A stretch of 64,000 nucleotides of DNA from assembly GCA_963838955.1 (NCBI GenBank), contig CAWISZ010000004.1, positions 401,979-465,978 on the forward strand, read 5' to 3'. Source of the stretch: an uncultured Thermoplasmata archaeon. Lineage in GTDB: Archaea > Thermoplasmatota > Thermoplasmata > Lutacidiplasmatales > UBA184. Position numbers and translations under genes: made by a program. Of this stretch, positions 39,638 to 48,252 are shown one piece after another (the first letter of the stretch is position 1; each line of letters opens with the position of its first letter). Under the pieces are notes generated by a model. That model did not search any database and had not been told where the DNA came from. It worked only from the letters and a program-made list of their open reading frames with translations.

Positions 39638-39712
39638 GGCACTCCCTGGAGTTCGAGATGCGCCGTGGGAATATCGCGCTGACGGGAAACGGTCCGTTTC
39701 GGGCTGGGGGGA

Positions 39713-39818
39713 TGGTGCTCCCGGCGGGAGTTTCCCCGCCCGGCGGTGAGCCGAGCGGATTTGAACCCGCGTCAGGGGCTCGAGAGGCCCCTATCCTTGA
39801 CCACTAGACTACGGGAGC
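39713..39818 (-). tRNA. tRNA-Glu (anticodon CUC), CCA encoded, with 30-nt T-loop intron at 39730-39759
   Basis: GCTCCCG/CGGGAGC acceptor stem plus ACCA; GGGGC-CTCTCGA-GCCCC anticodon arm; GCGGG TTCAAA[intron]T CCCGC T arm. Confidence 0.9.
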
Positions 39819-39893
39819 GCCCGAGCCCGTGTTACGGGGCCGGCTCCTTGAGCCTTTCGACCGAATCGGCCCGTTCAGGATCTGCTCAGGAGC

Positions 39894-40844
39894 TCAGTCC
39901 TGCTCGGGCGAGACAGGGATGCACTGCGGGGCGTACCACCCAGCCCCCGAGAAGAGAGGCACGAATCCCATCGAGCGGTATAGATGCTGCGCGCGCGCGT
40001 TCCCATCGGTCACATTAAGTCGCAGGGGCGGAGCGGACCGGGTTCTCAGCGAGGCCAGAGTGGTCGCGATGAGCGCGGCGGCGATCCCTTGGCCCCGTTG
40101 GGCCGGGTCCACCATGACGTCGGCGAGGAGCGGATGGCCCTCCATCATCACGAGCACGGTGGCTCCCACGATCCGCCCCTCTCGCACCGCGACGAGCGAG
40201 TCCTCCGGGAGGAACGGGCCCCATTCGCCGCCGAGGAGCTTTTCCATCCCGCGCTCCGAGTCCCGCCCCGGATCCGGATCCTCCATGAACAAGTACCGGT
40301 CGAAGCGGCCAGCGTACGCAATGCGGTGCAAGGCTGCGAGTTCCGCGACATCCTCTAGGCGGATCGGCCGGCTCGCCGTTCCCTCCTTCAGCGCAGCGGA
40401 GGGAAGGGGTGATCCCTGCGGGAACTCCATCTCGGTCCGAGAGAATCGGCGGAACCCGAGCGGCTCCATCATCTCGACTTGTTGCGCCGGTTCGAGTCCG
40501 AGGAGATCTCCCGTAGAGAACGCGATGGGACCGTCCTTCGGAGATTCGGCGATCAGCCTTCGGAGGAACTCGCGGTACGCGGCCGGAGACCGCTCACCGG
40601 GACGGAGGTACAGAACGCCGACCCGGCGCGCGGGCAGCGGCATCCGGCTCCACGTCGCTACCCCGGCGAGCTCGGTCCCCTCGATCGCGAGCACGCCCAC
40701 GCTTTCACCGGTGTCGAGCGTTTGACGCAATCGGGCGATCCACTCCTCCGCAGGGAACCGTCCGCCGGCGATCTCCTGCAGGGCCCGGCGGCATAGCTGC
40801 CAGCCTTCGTCCGGCCGCTGGGAGAGCGGGATCGTCTCGAGCAT
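39894..40844 (-). CDS. Tandem GNAT acetyltransferase
   Basis: VDPAQRGQGIA, N..AQHLYRSMGF. Confidence 0.85.
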   Translation of the reverse strand: MLETIPLSQRPDEGWQLCRRALQEIAGGRFPAEEWIARLRQTLDTGESVGVLAIEGTELAGVATWSRMPLPARRVGVLYLRPGERSPAAYREFLRRLIAESPKDGPIAFSTGDLLGLEPAQQVEMMEPLGFRRFSRTEMEFPQGSPLPSAALKEGTASRPIRLEDVAELAALHRIAYAGRFDRYLFMEDPDPGRDSERGMEKLLGGEWGPFLPEDSLVAVREGRIVGATVLVMMEGHPLLADVMVDPAQRGQGIAAALIATTLASLRTRSAPPLRLNVTDGNARAQHLYRSMGFVPLFSGAGWYAPQCIPVSPEQD

Positions 40845-40941
40845 CCCGGCGGCCCAGCCTCCGCCCCCGATTAAACCACTCTCGGGCCGAGCCCGAGCTT
40901 GGCGAAGCCCCTAAGTGCGCGCTCGAGCTTCGTTCGGGCAG

Positions 40942-41391
40942 ATGACTCCGCCGGTCAAGGCCCGCAGCGGGCACATCCTCCTCGATCCCAAACGCAGCTA
41001 CCAGGACCTCGTCCGGGTCTTCCCCGATATCTACAAGAAGGTCGTCGAGGCGAACCGCCCGTTCGCGAAGGAGGGCGAGACGATCCTGCCGGACGTCCTC
41101 TTGGAGGAGAACCTGCGGGACCTGCGCGCCGACCGCAAACCCGTCGGGTACAACCGGATCGATGCGTTCGGACTGAGGCTGATCTTCCCGATGGCGGACG
41201 ACCGTCGGGTCGAGTTCTACTTCACCAAGGCGCTGCGGGGGCAGGATATCGTCCACGTCACCGAGCAGGTGTCGGCGATGCTCCGCCGCCGGGGCATCAA
41301 GCACACGGTCGAATACGACCGATTGCCCCTCGGGCCCCCGCGGGGCCCACCGGGGATCATACTGGCCGGCGCCCAGCTCAGTTCGGGCTGA
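40942..41391 (+). CDS. Hypothetical protein
   Basis: Host-like codon usage; fills the gap between GNAT and aIF5A. Confidence 0.7.
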   Translation: MTPPVKARSGHILLDPKRSYQDLVRVFPDIYKKVVEANRPFAKEGETILPDVLLEENLRDLRADRKPVGYNRIDAFGLRLIFPMADDRRVEFYFTKALRGQDIVHVTEQVSAMLRRRGIKHTVEYDRLPLGPPRGPPGIILAGAQLSSG

Positions 41392-41398
41392 ACCCGCC

Positions 41399-41785
41399 TT
41401 ACGAACGCGTGATCTTCCGGCGGCCGAGCGCCTCGAGGTACTGGATCTCAGACCCGGGTTGGAGCTGGCCCTTCGTCTCCGCATCGAGGGCCATCGAGAA
41501 CGTCGCGTAGGTCTCCATGTCCATCAGCTGGACCTCCGTGTCCGTCAGGGACAGCACTTGGGCCTGGTGCTTGCCGATCATCGGGATCTGGACCTTGTGC
41601 TTGACGGGGTGAACCACGCTGCGCTTCGCTCCATCGAAGATGCCCACCGCGTCGATCCGAGATTTCGCTTCCCCATGCTTTCCCGGTTTGGAGGTCTGGA
41701 TGCTGAGGATCCGGCATGGCTCATCGTCGATGATCATGTACCGGCCTTCCTTGAGCTCGCGAACCTCCGCCTGCGTCCACGCCAT
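41399..41785 (-). CDS. eif5a: Translation factor aIF5A
   Basis: [11 protein letters not shown] hypusine motif. Confidence 0.97.
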   Translation of the reverse strand: MAWTQAEVRELKEGRYMIIDDEPCRILSIQTSKPGKHGEAKSRIDAVGIFDGAKRSVVHPVKHKVQIPMIGKHQAQVLSLTDTEVQLMDMETYATFSMALDAETKGQLQPGSEIQYLEALGRRKITRS

Positions 41786-41940
41786 GGATGCGTCCCCCGG
41801 GGGCGGAGCAGGACGAGGGCGGGATAAATCTTGCCCCGGCGCTGGTCGTCCGCCTGCGGAAGGGAGGGAGGCCGAACGCGGCGCGGCGTCCCGGTCGAGC
41901 CCACCGATCCCGCGCGCATCCGAGTCCGTCGCCTCCGAGA

Positions 41941-41980
41941 TTCTAGGTAAGTTTATCAGGTCTCGTTTTCTTACTTAGAA
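41941..41980 (+). promoter_or_regulatory. Promoter with 11-bp inverted repeat (ttctaggtaag/cttacttagaa), probable TA operator
   Basis: One mismatch; brackets a TTTAT box just upstream of the MNT gene. Confidence 0.55.
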
Positions 41981-41986
41981 CGAGAG

Positions 41987-42415
41987 ATGACGGCGCGCGA
42001 TATGGCCCATTGCTACCGATGCGGATACGTCTGGGTACCGCGTCGATCCCGCATCCGGATCTGCGCTCGGTGCAAATCCCCGTACTACTGGTTCCCCAAG
42101 ATTCGGATCCCGACGCTCGGCTCGGGCCTAGGGGTCGACGAGATTATCGGGGAGCACCGGAGCGAGGTGCTCCGACTCGCCCGGATCTACGGAGCCCAGA
42201 ACGTCCGGGTCTTCGGTTCCGCTGCCCGGAAGGAGGCGACGCCCACCAGCGATGTCGACATTCTGGTCGATCCGATCCGGCCGGATCGCTACCGTCCGAT
42301 CGATCTCGCGCTGGCCCTGCGCAAGACGCTCGGACGGCCGGTAGATCTGGTTACCGAACGATCGCTCCACTGGCTCGTTCAACCGAGAGTGGTCGCGGAG
42401 GCCGTTCCTCTGTGA
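41987..42415 (+). CDS. Minimal nucleotidyltransferase (MNT) antitoxin with N-terminal Zn ribbon
   Basis: CYRC...CARCKSPY; FGSAAR...SDVDILV, VDLVT. Confidence 0.88.
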   Translation: MTARDMAHCYRCGYVWVPRRSRIRICARCKSPYYWFPKIRIPTLGSGLGVDEIIGEHRSEVLRLARIYGAQNVRVFGSAARKEATPTSDVDILVDPIRPDRYRPIDLALALRKTLGRPVDLVTERSLHWLVQPRVVAEAVPL

Positions 42416-42768
42416 CGGATGCGGCGGACCGGAGCGAGGTCTATCTGGCTCGGGCCATCGAGCACCTTCGCAAGGGACTCCGGTACGCCGAACGAGGCCG
42501 ACGGGTCTACTTCGACCCGCGGAATCCGGACACGTACCTGCTCGTGGAGAGCGAATTACGCAAGGCGTTCGAGTCGTTGAACCGCCTCGGGCGGGCCTTC
42601 TGGAAGGCGAATCCCATGATTCCCCGCGACCGAATCGGAGAGATCCGTCAGCTGTTGACTCACGATTACACCGATGTCGATCCGACGCTCCTCTGGGGAA
42701 TCGTTGCCCAAGAAGCTCGTCCTCTCTTGCGTCGGCTCGCCCGTGCGAAGACTCCGAAGTCGGGCTAG
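42412..42768 (+). CDS. HEPN (DUF86/HepT-like) RNase toxin
   Basis: RQLLTHDY (Rx4H plus Tyr), VDPTLLW; GTGA coupling to MNT. Confidence 0.85.
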   Translation: MTDAADRSEVYLARAIEHLRKGLRYAERGRRVYFDPRNPDTYLLVESELRKAFESLNRLGRAFWKANPMIPRDRIGEIRQLLTHDYTDVDPTLLWGIVAQEARPLLRRLARAKTPKSG

Positions 42769-42884
42769 CAGAACGAACCGGATGGGCTCGTCGATGTCTC
42801 GAGATCGCGTCCTCCAGCCCGAGGCGGTTGGCAGGGCAACAGCATAACTAGGGGGACCCCCTCGGCTGAGCGGGAGCAGGGACC

Positions 42885-43040
42885 ATGGTCGCGGGAACCT
42901 CGTGGGCGTTGGGGCTGCTGATCGTCGCCGCCATCGTCCTGGTCATTGTCGTGGTCATCAAATTCTTCTGGCTTCTCATTGTGGTGGGCGGGTTGCTCCT
43001 CATTGCCTATCTTTTCTATTCCGGGATACTCAACTTCTAA
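42885..43040 (+). CDS. Small 51-aa membrane protein (not in ORF track)
   Basis: MVAGTSWALGLLIVAAIVLVIVVVIKFFWLLIVVGGLLLIAYLFYSGILNF. Confidence 0.6.
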   Translation: MVAGTSWALGLLIVAAIVLVIVVVIKFFWLLIVVGGLLLIAYLFYSGILNF

Positions 43041-43210
43041 CGGCCGGCCGTCGGTCCCTCGGGAGCCCCGCGGCGGCGTCTCCCCGGAGCCGCTCGTGCC
43101 GTGGCGACCGACGGTCCATGCCGGCGAGCCGCGTCCCAGGGTGCGGCCAATCCCCAAGGGAGTTCCCGGGATCGCGGCCCAGCGTGTACTTCGCACCGAG
43201 GCGGTCGCGA

Positions 43211-43375
43211 TCAGGTCGTGACGACGACCCGGCCGCCCGGTCCGAAGGCGTACCAGAGAAGGACTACCGCCAGGATCAGGATGATGAGTGCGAACGGTCC
43301 TAGGATGAAGAGGAGCACAAGCGCGAGGAGGATGAGTAGGAGAGCGCCGACTAGACTGATCCGGTGGACTGCCAT
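43211..43375 (-). CDS. Small 54-aa membrane protein
   Basis: MAVHRISLVGALLLILLALVLLFILGPFALIILILAVVLLWYAFGPGGRVVVTT. Confidence 0.65.
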   Translation of the reverse strand: MAVHRISLVGALLLILLALVLLFILGPFALIILILAVVLLWYAFGPGGRVVVTT

Positions 43376-43620
43376 GATCGAATCACCGTCAGGTAGGAGA
43401 TAAGTGTCTCCTTGATTGGAGTTTAGCAGCCCCGCTGCGATCGTGAAGGAGCGAACGCGTCCGGCGGCCTCCTCCCGTCGCTCGATGAGGGCCGCGGCGT
43501 GCTCGATGTAGGTGAGACGGACATGCGGCGGGACCCCCACGCTTCCGGCAAGGACGTGAACCCGCGGGCCAGGGTTGTTTTCAGACTGTTAAATAAATCT
43601 TGACGAGAGTATAAATATAG

Positions 43621-43637
43621 GTTTAACATCGTTAAAC
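43621..43637. promoter_or_regulatory. Perfect inverted repeat GTTTAAC-ATC-GTTAAAC after a TATAAATA box; probable operator
   Basis: 3 bp upstream of the RHH gene start. Confidence 0.6.
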
Positions 43638-43640
43638 GCC

Positions 43641-44036
43641 GTGCGAACTGACCGGCCCCCGACGAAAGCGTCCTGTTTCCTCGGCGTGCGTCTGACCGAG
43701 GAAGAGGAGACGCTCCTCGAGAACTTCCGTCGATCGCGCGAGTTTGCGAACCGTTCCGAAGCGGTCCGCGCCCTCGTGCGCGGATCGTCGGAGCATCGGG
43801 AATTCGCCTTCGAGCTACCTGCCACCCTGCAGGCCGAGGTCGAGGCGCTCGTCGAAGATGGAGTTCTGAAGAGCCTCGAGAGTGCGATCGACACGCTCGT
43901 CACTCTCGGCATCTCAGAACTCGGGCGGACCCACGAGCGCGTCGTCCAACTCCGCGCGCACGCGCGGAACGAGGCGACACGGCGTGAGAGCCGGCGGCGG
44001 GCGGATCGCGAGGGTCGGGGTCTCCTCGGGCGCTAG
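43641..44036 (+). CDS. Ribbon-helix-helix (CopG-like) regulator
   Basis: LGVRLTEEE...NRSEAVRALV; second RHH-like half FELPATL..VEALVEDG. Confidence 0.75.
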   Translation: MRTDRPPTKASCFLGVRLTEEEETLLENFRRSREFANRSEAVRALVRGSSEHREFAFELPATLQAEVEALVEDGVLKSLESAIDTLVTLGISELGRTHERVVQLRAHARNEATRRESRRRADREGRGLLGR

Positions 44037-44061
44037 GTCTCGAAAACAGGGTGTTGCAACC

Positions 44062-44289
44062 ATGGAACCGTTGGGAATCGCCTGGAGCGAACGAAGTGGA
44101 TTCATCTGCCGGCTGTGCCGTCAGGACGCCAAGCATAATGAGGTCCTCCGAATCTCATACTGCCTGGTACACGGGCTCAGCTCCCCGCTCGACGAGCTGC
44201 CCTGGCGACCGGAGGCACGAGCGATACGCGGCTCTACACTCGCACCGGGGATCACGGCGAGACCGGTCTCGTCGGTGGGACGCGCGTAG
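44062..44289 (+). CDS. Small putative Zn-finger protein
   Basis: CRLC...CLVH; 3' part overlaps the adenosyltransferase gene. Confidence 0.5.
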   Translation: MEPLGIAWSERSGFICRLCRQDAKHNEVLRISYCLVHGLSSPLDELPWRPEARAIRGSTLAPGITARPVSSVGRA

Positions 44290-44777
44290 CGAAGGACTCG
44301 CTCCGAATCGAGGCCTACGGCACCTTCGACGAGCTCGCGGCGTGCCTCGGCGTAGTCGAGACGGCGCTCCCCGACGCGCTGTCGAGCGTCCGGACGCTCC
44401 TTCGACGCCTCGAACACGAGCTCTTCCTCGCGGAGAGCGAGCTCGCCACGCCCTCGGGTAAGACCCCACCCGCGGGCCGCATCGAAGCGCGCCACGTTCG
44501 CCGGCTCGAAGCGGATATCGATCAGCACTCCGAGGCGGTCCAATCGCTTCGCACCTTCGTGCTCCCGACGGGATCGCCGGCGGCGGCCTACCTGCACTGG
44601 GCCCGAGCTCTCGCACGCCGCGGAGAGCGGGAACTTTGGCGGCTGCACCGGATCGAACCCCAGCGTCCGGAGCTGCTCGCGTGGTCGAACCGTCTAGGTG
44701 ATCTCTTCTTCGCCCTCGCTCTCAGCGCGAACCTCGCCCTCGGCATCACCGAGATCGCACCGGATTATACGGCGTAA
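44202..44777 (+). CDS. Cob(I)alamin adenosyltransferase, PduO type (no canonical start found)
   Basis: LYTRTGDHGETGL, KDSLRIEAYGTFDEL, FVLP, ARRGER, NRLGDLFF. Confidence 0.88.
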   Translation: MATGGTSDTRLYTRTGDHGETGLVGGTRVAKDSLRIEAYGTFDELAACLGVVETALPDALSSVRTLLRRLEHELFLAESELATPSGKTPPAGRIEARHVRRLEADIDQHSEAVQSLRTFVLPTGSPAAAYLHWARALARRGERELWRLHRIEPQRPELLAWSNRLGDLFFALALSANLALGITEIAPDYTA

Positions 44778-44799
44778 GGGACGAGCGGAGGACCAGCCG

Positions 44800-45996
44800 A
44801 TGGAGGTCGGAGTCGTCGGTCAACCGAACGTCGGCAAGTCGACGTTCTTCAATGCGCTCACGCTGCTCGACGTCCCGATGGCGCCGTTCCCGTTCACGAC
44901 CATCGCACCCAACCGGGGAGTCGCGGCCGTCCGGTCCCCCTGTCCTCATACCGAGAAAGGCGCTCCGTGCACCCCGGGCAACGCGAAGTGCGTGGACGGG
45001 ACCCGATGGATCCCCGTCAACCTGGTCGATGTGCCCGGACTGGTCCCCGGGGCGCACGAGGGTCGCGGTCTCGGCCACCGGTTCCTGGACGATCTTCGCG
45101 CCGCCGATGGGTTCCTGCAAGTGGTCGACCTGTCGGGCTCGACGGATGCAGAGGGGGTGATCGATAACACCGGCCATCACAACCCCGCCGAGGAAGTCGA
45201 GTGGCTCCAGGAGGAGCTAGTTGCCTGGTGCGCCGAGGTCCTCTCGAGGGAGTTCGGGCGGCAGGCGCGCCACATCGAGATGGAAGGCCTCAAGACCGAG
45301 GAGTTCCTCGCGCAACGCCTCGCCGGGCTCTCGATCACGCCCGCGGCGATCTCCGCGGCCCTGCGCGTGGTCCCGATCGACCGCGACCACCCCTCGAAAT
45401 GGACGGCCGCGGACCGCACCGAGCTCGCGCGGGAGCTCCTCCGTGTCGCGAAACCCCGAGAGATCGTGGCGAACAAGTGCGATCGCGCCCAGATCGCTCA
45501 GCGAGATCGCCTTGCCGAGGAGGTCCGTCCCATACCCGTCATCGCGACGACGGCCGATCAGGAACTCACGCTGCGGCGGGCCGCCCGGGCGGGCCTCGTC
45601 CAGTACCGCCCCGGGGACGCCGCGTTCAGCCTCACCGATCCGGACCGTCTCTCCGCGGCCCAGCGCAAGGCGTTGGACGGGATCGCGCAGACGATGAAGC
45701 GTTGGGGATCGACCGGGGTCCAGCTCGCGCTCGAATCGATGATCTTCGAGCGCCTGCACCGGATCGTGGTCTATCCGGTCGAGGACGAAACGCACTGGAC
45801 GGACTCTCGGGGCCGCCTCCTCCCGGACGCGTTCCTGCTTCCCGCGGGCACCACGGCCCGGGCGATGGCCTACCGCGTGCACACCGACCTCGGTGAGAAT
45901 TTCATCCGTGCGATCGATGCGCGAACCCATCGGGCGCTGGCCGCGGAGCATCCGATCGAGCCGAACAGCGTGGTTCGGATCGTGGCCCGAAGGTAG
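44800..45996 (+). CDS. ychF: Archaeal YchF-related Obg-family GTPase/ATPase with TGS domain
   Basis: GQPNVGKST, PFTTI, DVPGL, GRGLG..FLDDLR, ANKCD, VHTDL. Confidence 0.92.
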   Translation: MEVGVVGQPNVGKSTFFNALTLLDVPMAPFPFTTIAPNRGVAAVRSPCPHTEKGAPCTPGNAKCVDGTRWIPVNLVDVPGLVPGAHEGRGLGHRFLDDLRAADGFLQVVDLSGSTDAEGVIDNTGHHNPAEEVEWLQEELVAWCAEVLSREFGRQARHIEMEGLKTEEFLAQRLAGLSITPAAISAALRVVPIDRDHPSKWTAADRTELARELLRVAKPREIVANKCDRAQIAQRDRLAEEVRPIPVIATTADQELTLRRAARAGLVQYRPGDAAFSLTDPDRLSAAQRKALDGIAQTMKRWGSTGVQLALESMIFERLHRIVVYPVEDETHWTDSRGRLLPDAFLLPAGTTARAMAYRVHTDLGENFIRAIDARTHRALAAEHPIEPNSVVRIVARR

Positions 45997-46011
45997 CGGC
46001 CCCGGGAGGGC

Positions 46012-47007
46012 TCACCCAGGCGTGGGCTGGGAGTCGGTCGATTCGATCAGTTCGGCCCCCATCGGCGCGGGCCGAACCACGAAGGCGAGGCCTCCGGCCC
46101 GGGCCAGGCGGCGCAATAGCTCCACTTCTCGACCGGCCCGGGGGAGGATCACGATCGAGCCGCCCGCACCGGCCCCCGTCAACTTCGAACCGTCGGCGAC
46201 GGGAGCCGCGGCCTCGAGAAGCGCCTCGATCCGAGGATGCGAGACTCCGGCCTGCCGCAGCAACTCCTGGTTCTGGGTCATGAGGGAAGCCACTCCGGCG
46301 CGATCCTCGGCTTCGAGCGCATGGATCCCTTCCGTGGCAACGCGGACGAACTCGGCGAGGAGCTCTTGGCCCCCCGGCTCGTCGAGCCGTCGGTTCACCG
46401 CGCGCACCGCCTCGGCGGTGGAGCGGGGCACGCCGGTGTAGGCCACGACCCACGTCCACCCCGGATCGGGCGCTCGCCGGACCGTCCACGTCTGCCCGTC
46501 CTGGGCCAGGCTCCACAAGGTCGTGCCCGTTCCACCGTTCATGGTCACGTAGCCGCCGGCAACACAGGCAGAGGTGTCCCCGGGACTCCCGACCCCCTGG
46601 GCTCCCCGTTCGACGGCGAAGCTGCGTTGGGCGAGGTCGGCGCGCGAGATGCCTCCCGATGCCGCTCCCATCGCCGCGACCGTGGCCGCCACGAACGCCG
46701 CGGAAGAACCGAGGCCCGCGGCTCTCGGGATCCGGGAGACCGCGCGCAGCGCGACCGGACGCGTCTCCTTCCAGCACTGCTCCACGGCGGCGCGGAAGTA
46801 CGGGTTGTGTTCGAGCCCCGACGCGTCGGCATTCAGGGTGAAGGTGGGTGCGTCGCGGATGAGGACCTGAGTGGTCAGGTCGATCGCCAATAGGAGTTCC
46901 GGGGCGCCGCGCACCACCGCGTGCTCCCCGAAGAGGATGCACTTTCCAGGCGCCCGGCTCGAGAGCGGCAGCGAGCGGGCCGGGATCTCGGAGGAGAATG
47001 CCGTCAT
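46012..47007 (-). CDS. mvk: Mevalonate kinase
   Basis: APGKCILFGEHAVV, GLGSSAA, SPGD, KLTGAGAGG. Confidence 0.88.
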   Translation of the reverse strand: MTAFSSEIPARSLPLSSRAPGKCILFGEHAVVRGAPELLLAIDLTTQVLIRDAPTFTLNADASGLEHNPYFRAAVEQCWKETRPVALRAVSRIPRAAGLGSSAAFVAATVAAMGAASGGISRADLAQRSFAVERGAQGVGSPGDTSACVAGGYVTMNGGTGTTLWSLAQDGQTWTVRRAPDPGWTWVVAYTGVPRSTAEAVRAVNRRLDEPGGQELLAEFVRVATEGIHALEAEDRAGVASLMTQNQELLRQAGVSHPRIEALLEAAAPVADGSKLTGAGAGGSIVILPRAGREVELLRRLARAGGLAFVVRPAPMGAELIESTDSQPTPG

Positions 47008-47579
47008 CCTCGGACCCTCCGCGCGGGGAGCACCTGCTTCCCGCGAGCGCTCGGAACGATGCGATGCTTCGCTCCCCGGAAGGTCCAGGGGGCGGGCGCG
47101 CCGAGCACCCGATAGAGCGCGATCGCGAGCGCCGCGACCTCGCTGTGCGGTTGGTGCCCGACCGCCACGTTGTACGAGGCAAGGTGGTAGAGCTGGGGCG
47201 GGACCTTCGCGCCTCCCACGACGATCAGCACTCGGGCATGGCGGCGGATGCGCGGGGCCGCACGATCGATCGGAATCCCGTACATCGTGAGGTGTACGAT
47301 CGCGCCGTCCCACGCTCGCACGAACTCCCGCCAGTGCTCCACGCCTTCGACCGCGAACGGGCCTCCCCATCGATCGGCCACCCCGGCGAGACGGGCCGAG
47401 AGCTCGGGGTCGGGAGGATGAAGGTACATCCGGGTAGCGCCGAACGCACGGGCGGTCAAGGCCACGTGGGTCGTGAGGCGCGGATCGCGACCGGCCCGAT
47501 GGCCGACGCGCAGGACCGAAACGTCCGGCCGGGGCTCACGCTTCGGGCGCCGGCTGGAACCGCTCGATGCGGTGGCCAC
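47004..47579 (-). CDS. trm56: tRNA (cytidine56-2'-O)-methyltransferase
   Basis: LRVGHR..RDPRLTTHVALTARAFGA, VHLTMYG, QPHSEVAALA. Confidence 0.95.
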   Translation of the reverse strand: MATASSGSSRRPKREPRPDVSVLRVGHRAGRDPRLTTHVALTARAFGATRMYLHPPDPELSARLAGVADRWGGPFAVEGVEHWREFVRAWDGAIVHLTMYGIPIDRAAPRIRRHARVLIVVGGAKVPPQLYHLASYNVAVGHQPHSEVAALAIALYRVLGAPAPWTFRGAKHRIVPSARGKQVLPARRVRG

Positions 47580-48060
47580 GGTACTCCAACTTGATGGATC
47601 GCTTCACGATCGCCTTCAGGCGGATCGGGCTCATGCTCAGCTCCTCCGCGATATCCGAGAAGAAGCGGCCCTGCTCGCCCACGGCCTGGTACAGTCGATC
47701 CTCGATCTTCGCGTACTCCTTCGGGCTCATGGACGCGATCGAGAGGATCTCGCTGATCTCCGCGAGCGGTGTGGTGGTGTTGATGTTCACGGTCGAGTAG
47801 TAGAAGTGGTAGCTCTTGTCCGGCTGACGCCGGCCCTCGCGAGCCACCCAGCGCGTGTCGATCAGCTTCAGCTTCTCGAAGAACACGAGCGCCTGGGAGC
47901 CGTCCGGGCCGAACTCGGAAGCGATGTCCTGGGCCGTCAGCCAGCTCTCGCCGAGCCGCTGCACGAGCTTGAGCTTCAGCGGCGAATCTACGGCGCGCAG
48001 GATCGGGACGAGGTCGGAGATGTCGTTGACGACCTTGATGCGGTGCATCGCTCCGGACAT
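47536..48060 (-). CDS. Conserved archaeal double-wHTH (ArsR-like) protein
   Basis: RIKVVND.SDLVPIL, LKLIDTRW; in the nop10-trm56 operon. Confidence 0.75.
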   Translation of the reverse strand: MSGAMHRIKVVNDISDLVPILRAVDSPLKLKLVQRLGESWLTAQDIASEFGPDGSQALVFFEKLKLIDTRWVAREGRRQPDKSYHFYYSTVNINTTTPLAEISEILSIASMSPKEYAKIEDRLYQAVGEQGRFFSDIAEELSMSPIRLKAIVKRSIKLEYRGHRIERFQPAPEA

Positions 48061-48069
48061 GGTGCCTCC

Positions 48070-48252
48070 TTACGCTCCCCGTGCGTCCTTCTCGGTGGCT
48101 ACGGTAAGCATTCGCCGGTATTTCCCCCAGCGGTCCCCCGGGCTGAACCGAGCCGGATGCGGGGTGCGCGTGGGGGCGTGGCATGAAGGACAGGTCTCGT
48201 GAAAGGTGTACCTCTGGCAGCTGCGGCAGACCCACAGGATCGATTCGGTCAT
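48070..48252 (-). CDS. nop10: H/ACA RNP protein Nop10
   Basis: CRSC.RYT...CPSC, PHPARFSPGDRWGKYRR. Confidence 0.93.
   Translation of the reverse strand: MTESILWVCRSCQRYTFHETCPSCHAPTRTPHPARFSPGDRWGKYRRMLTVATEKDARGA

Noticed and set aside
39127..39692. Inverted cccgtcag octamers flanking osmC as transposon ends
   Set aside because: Only 8 bp, with no target duplication or transposase.
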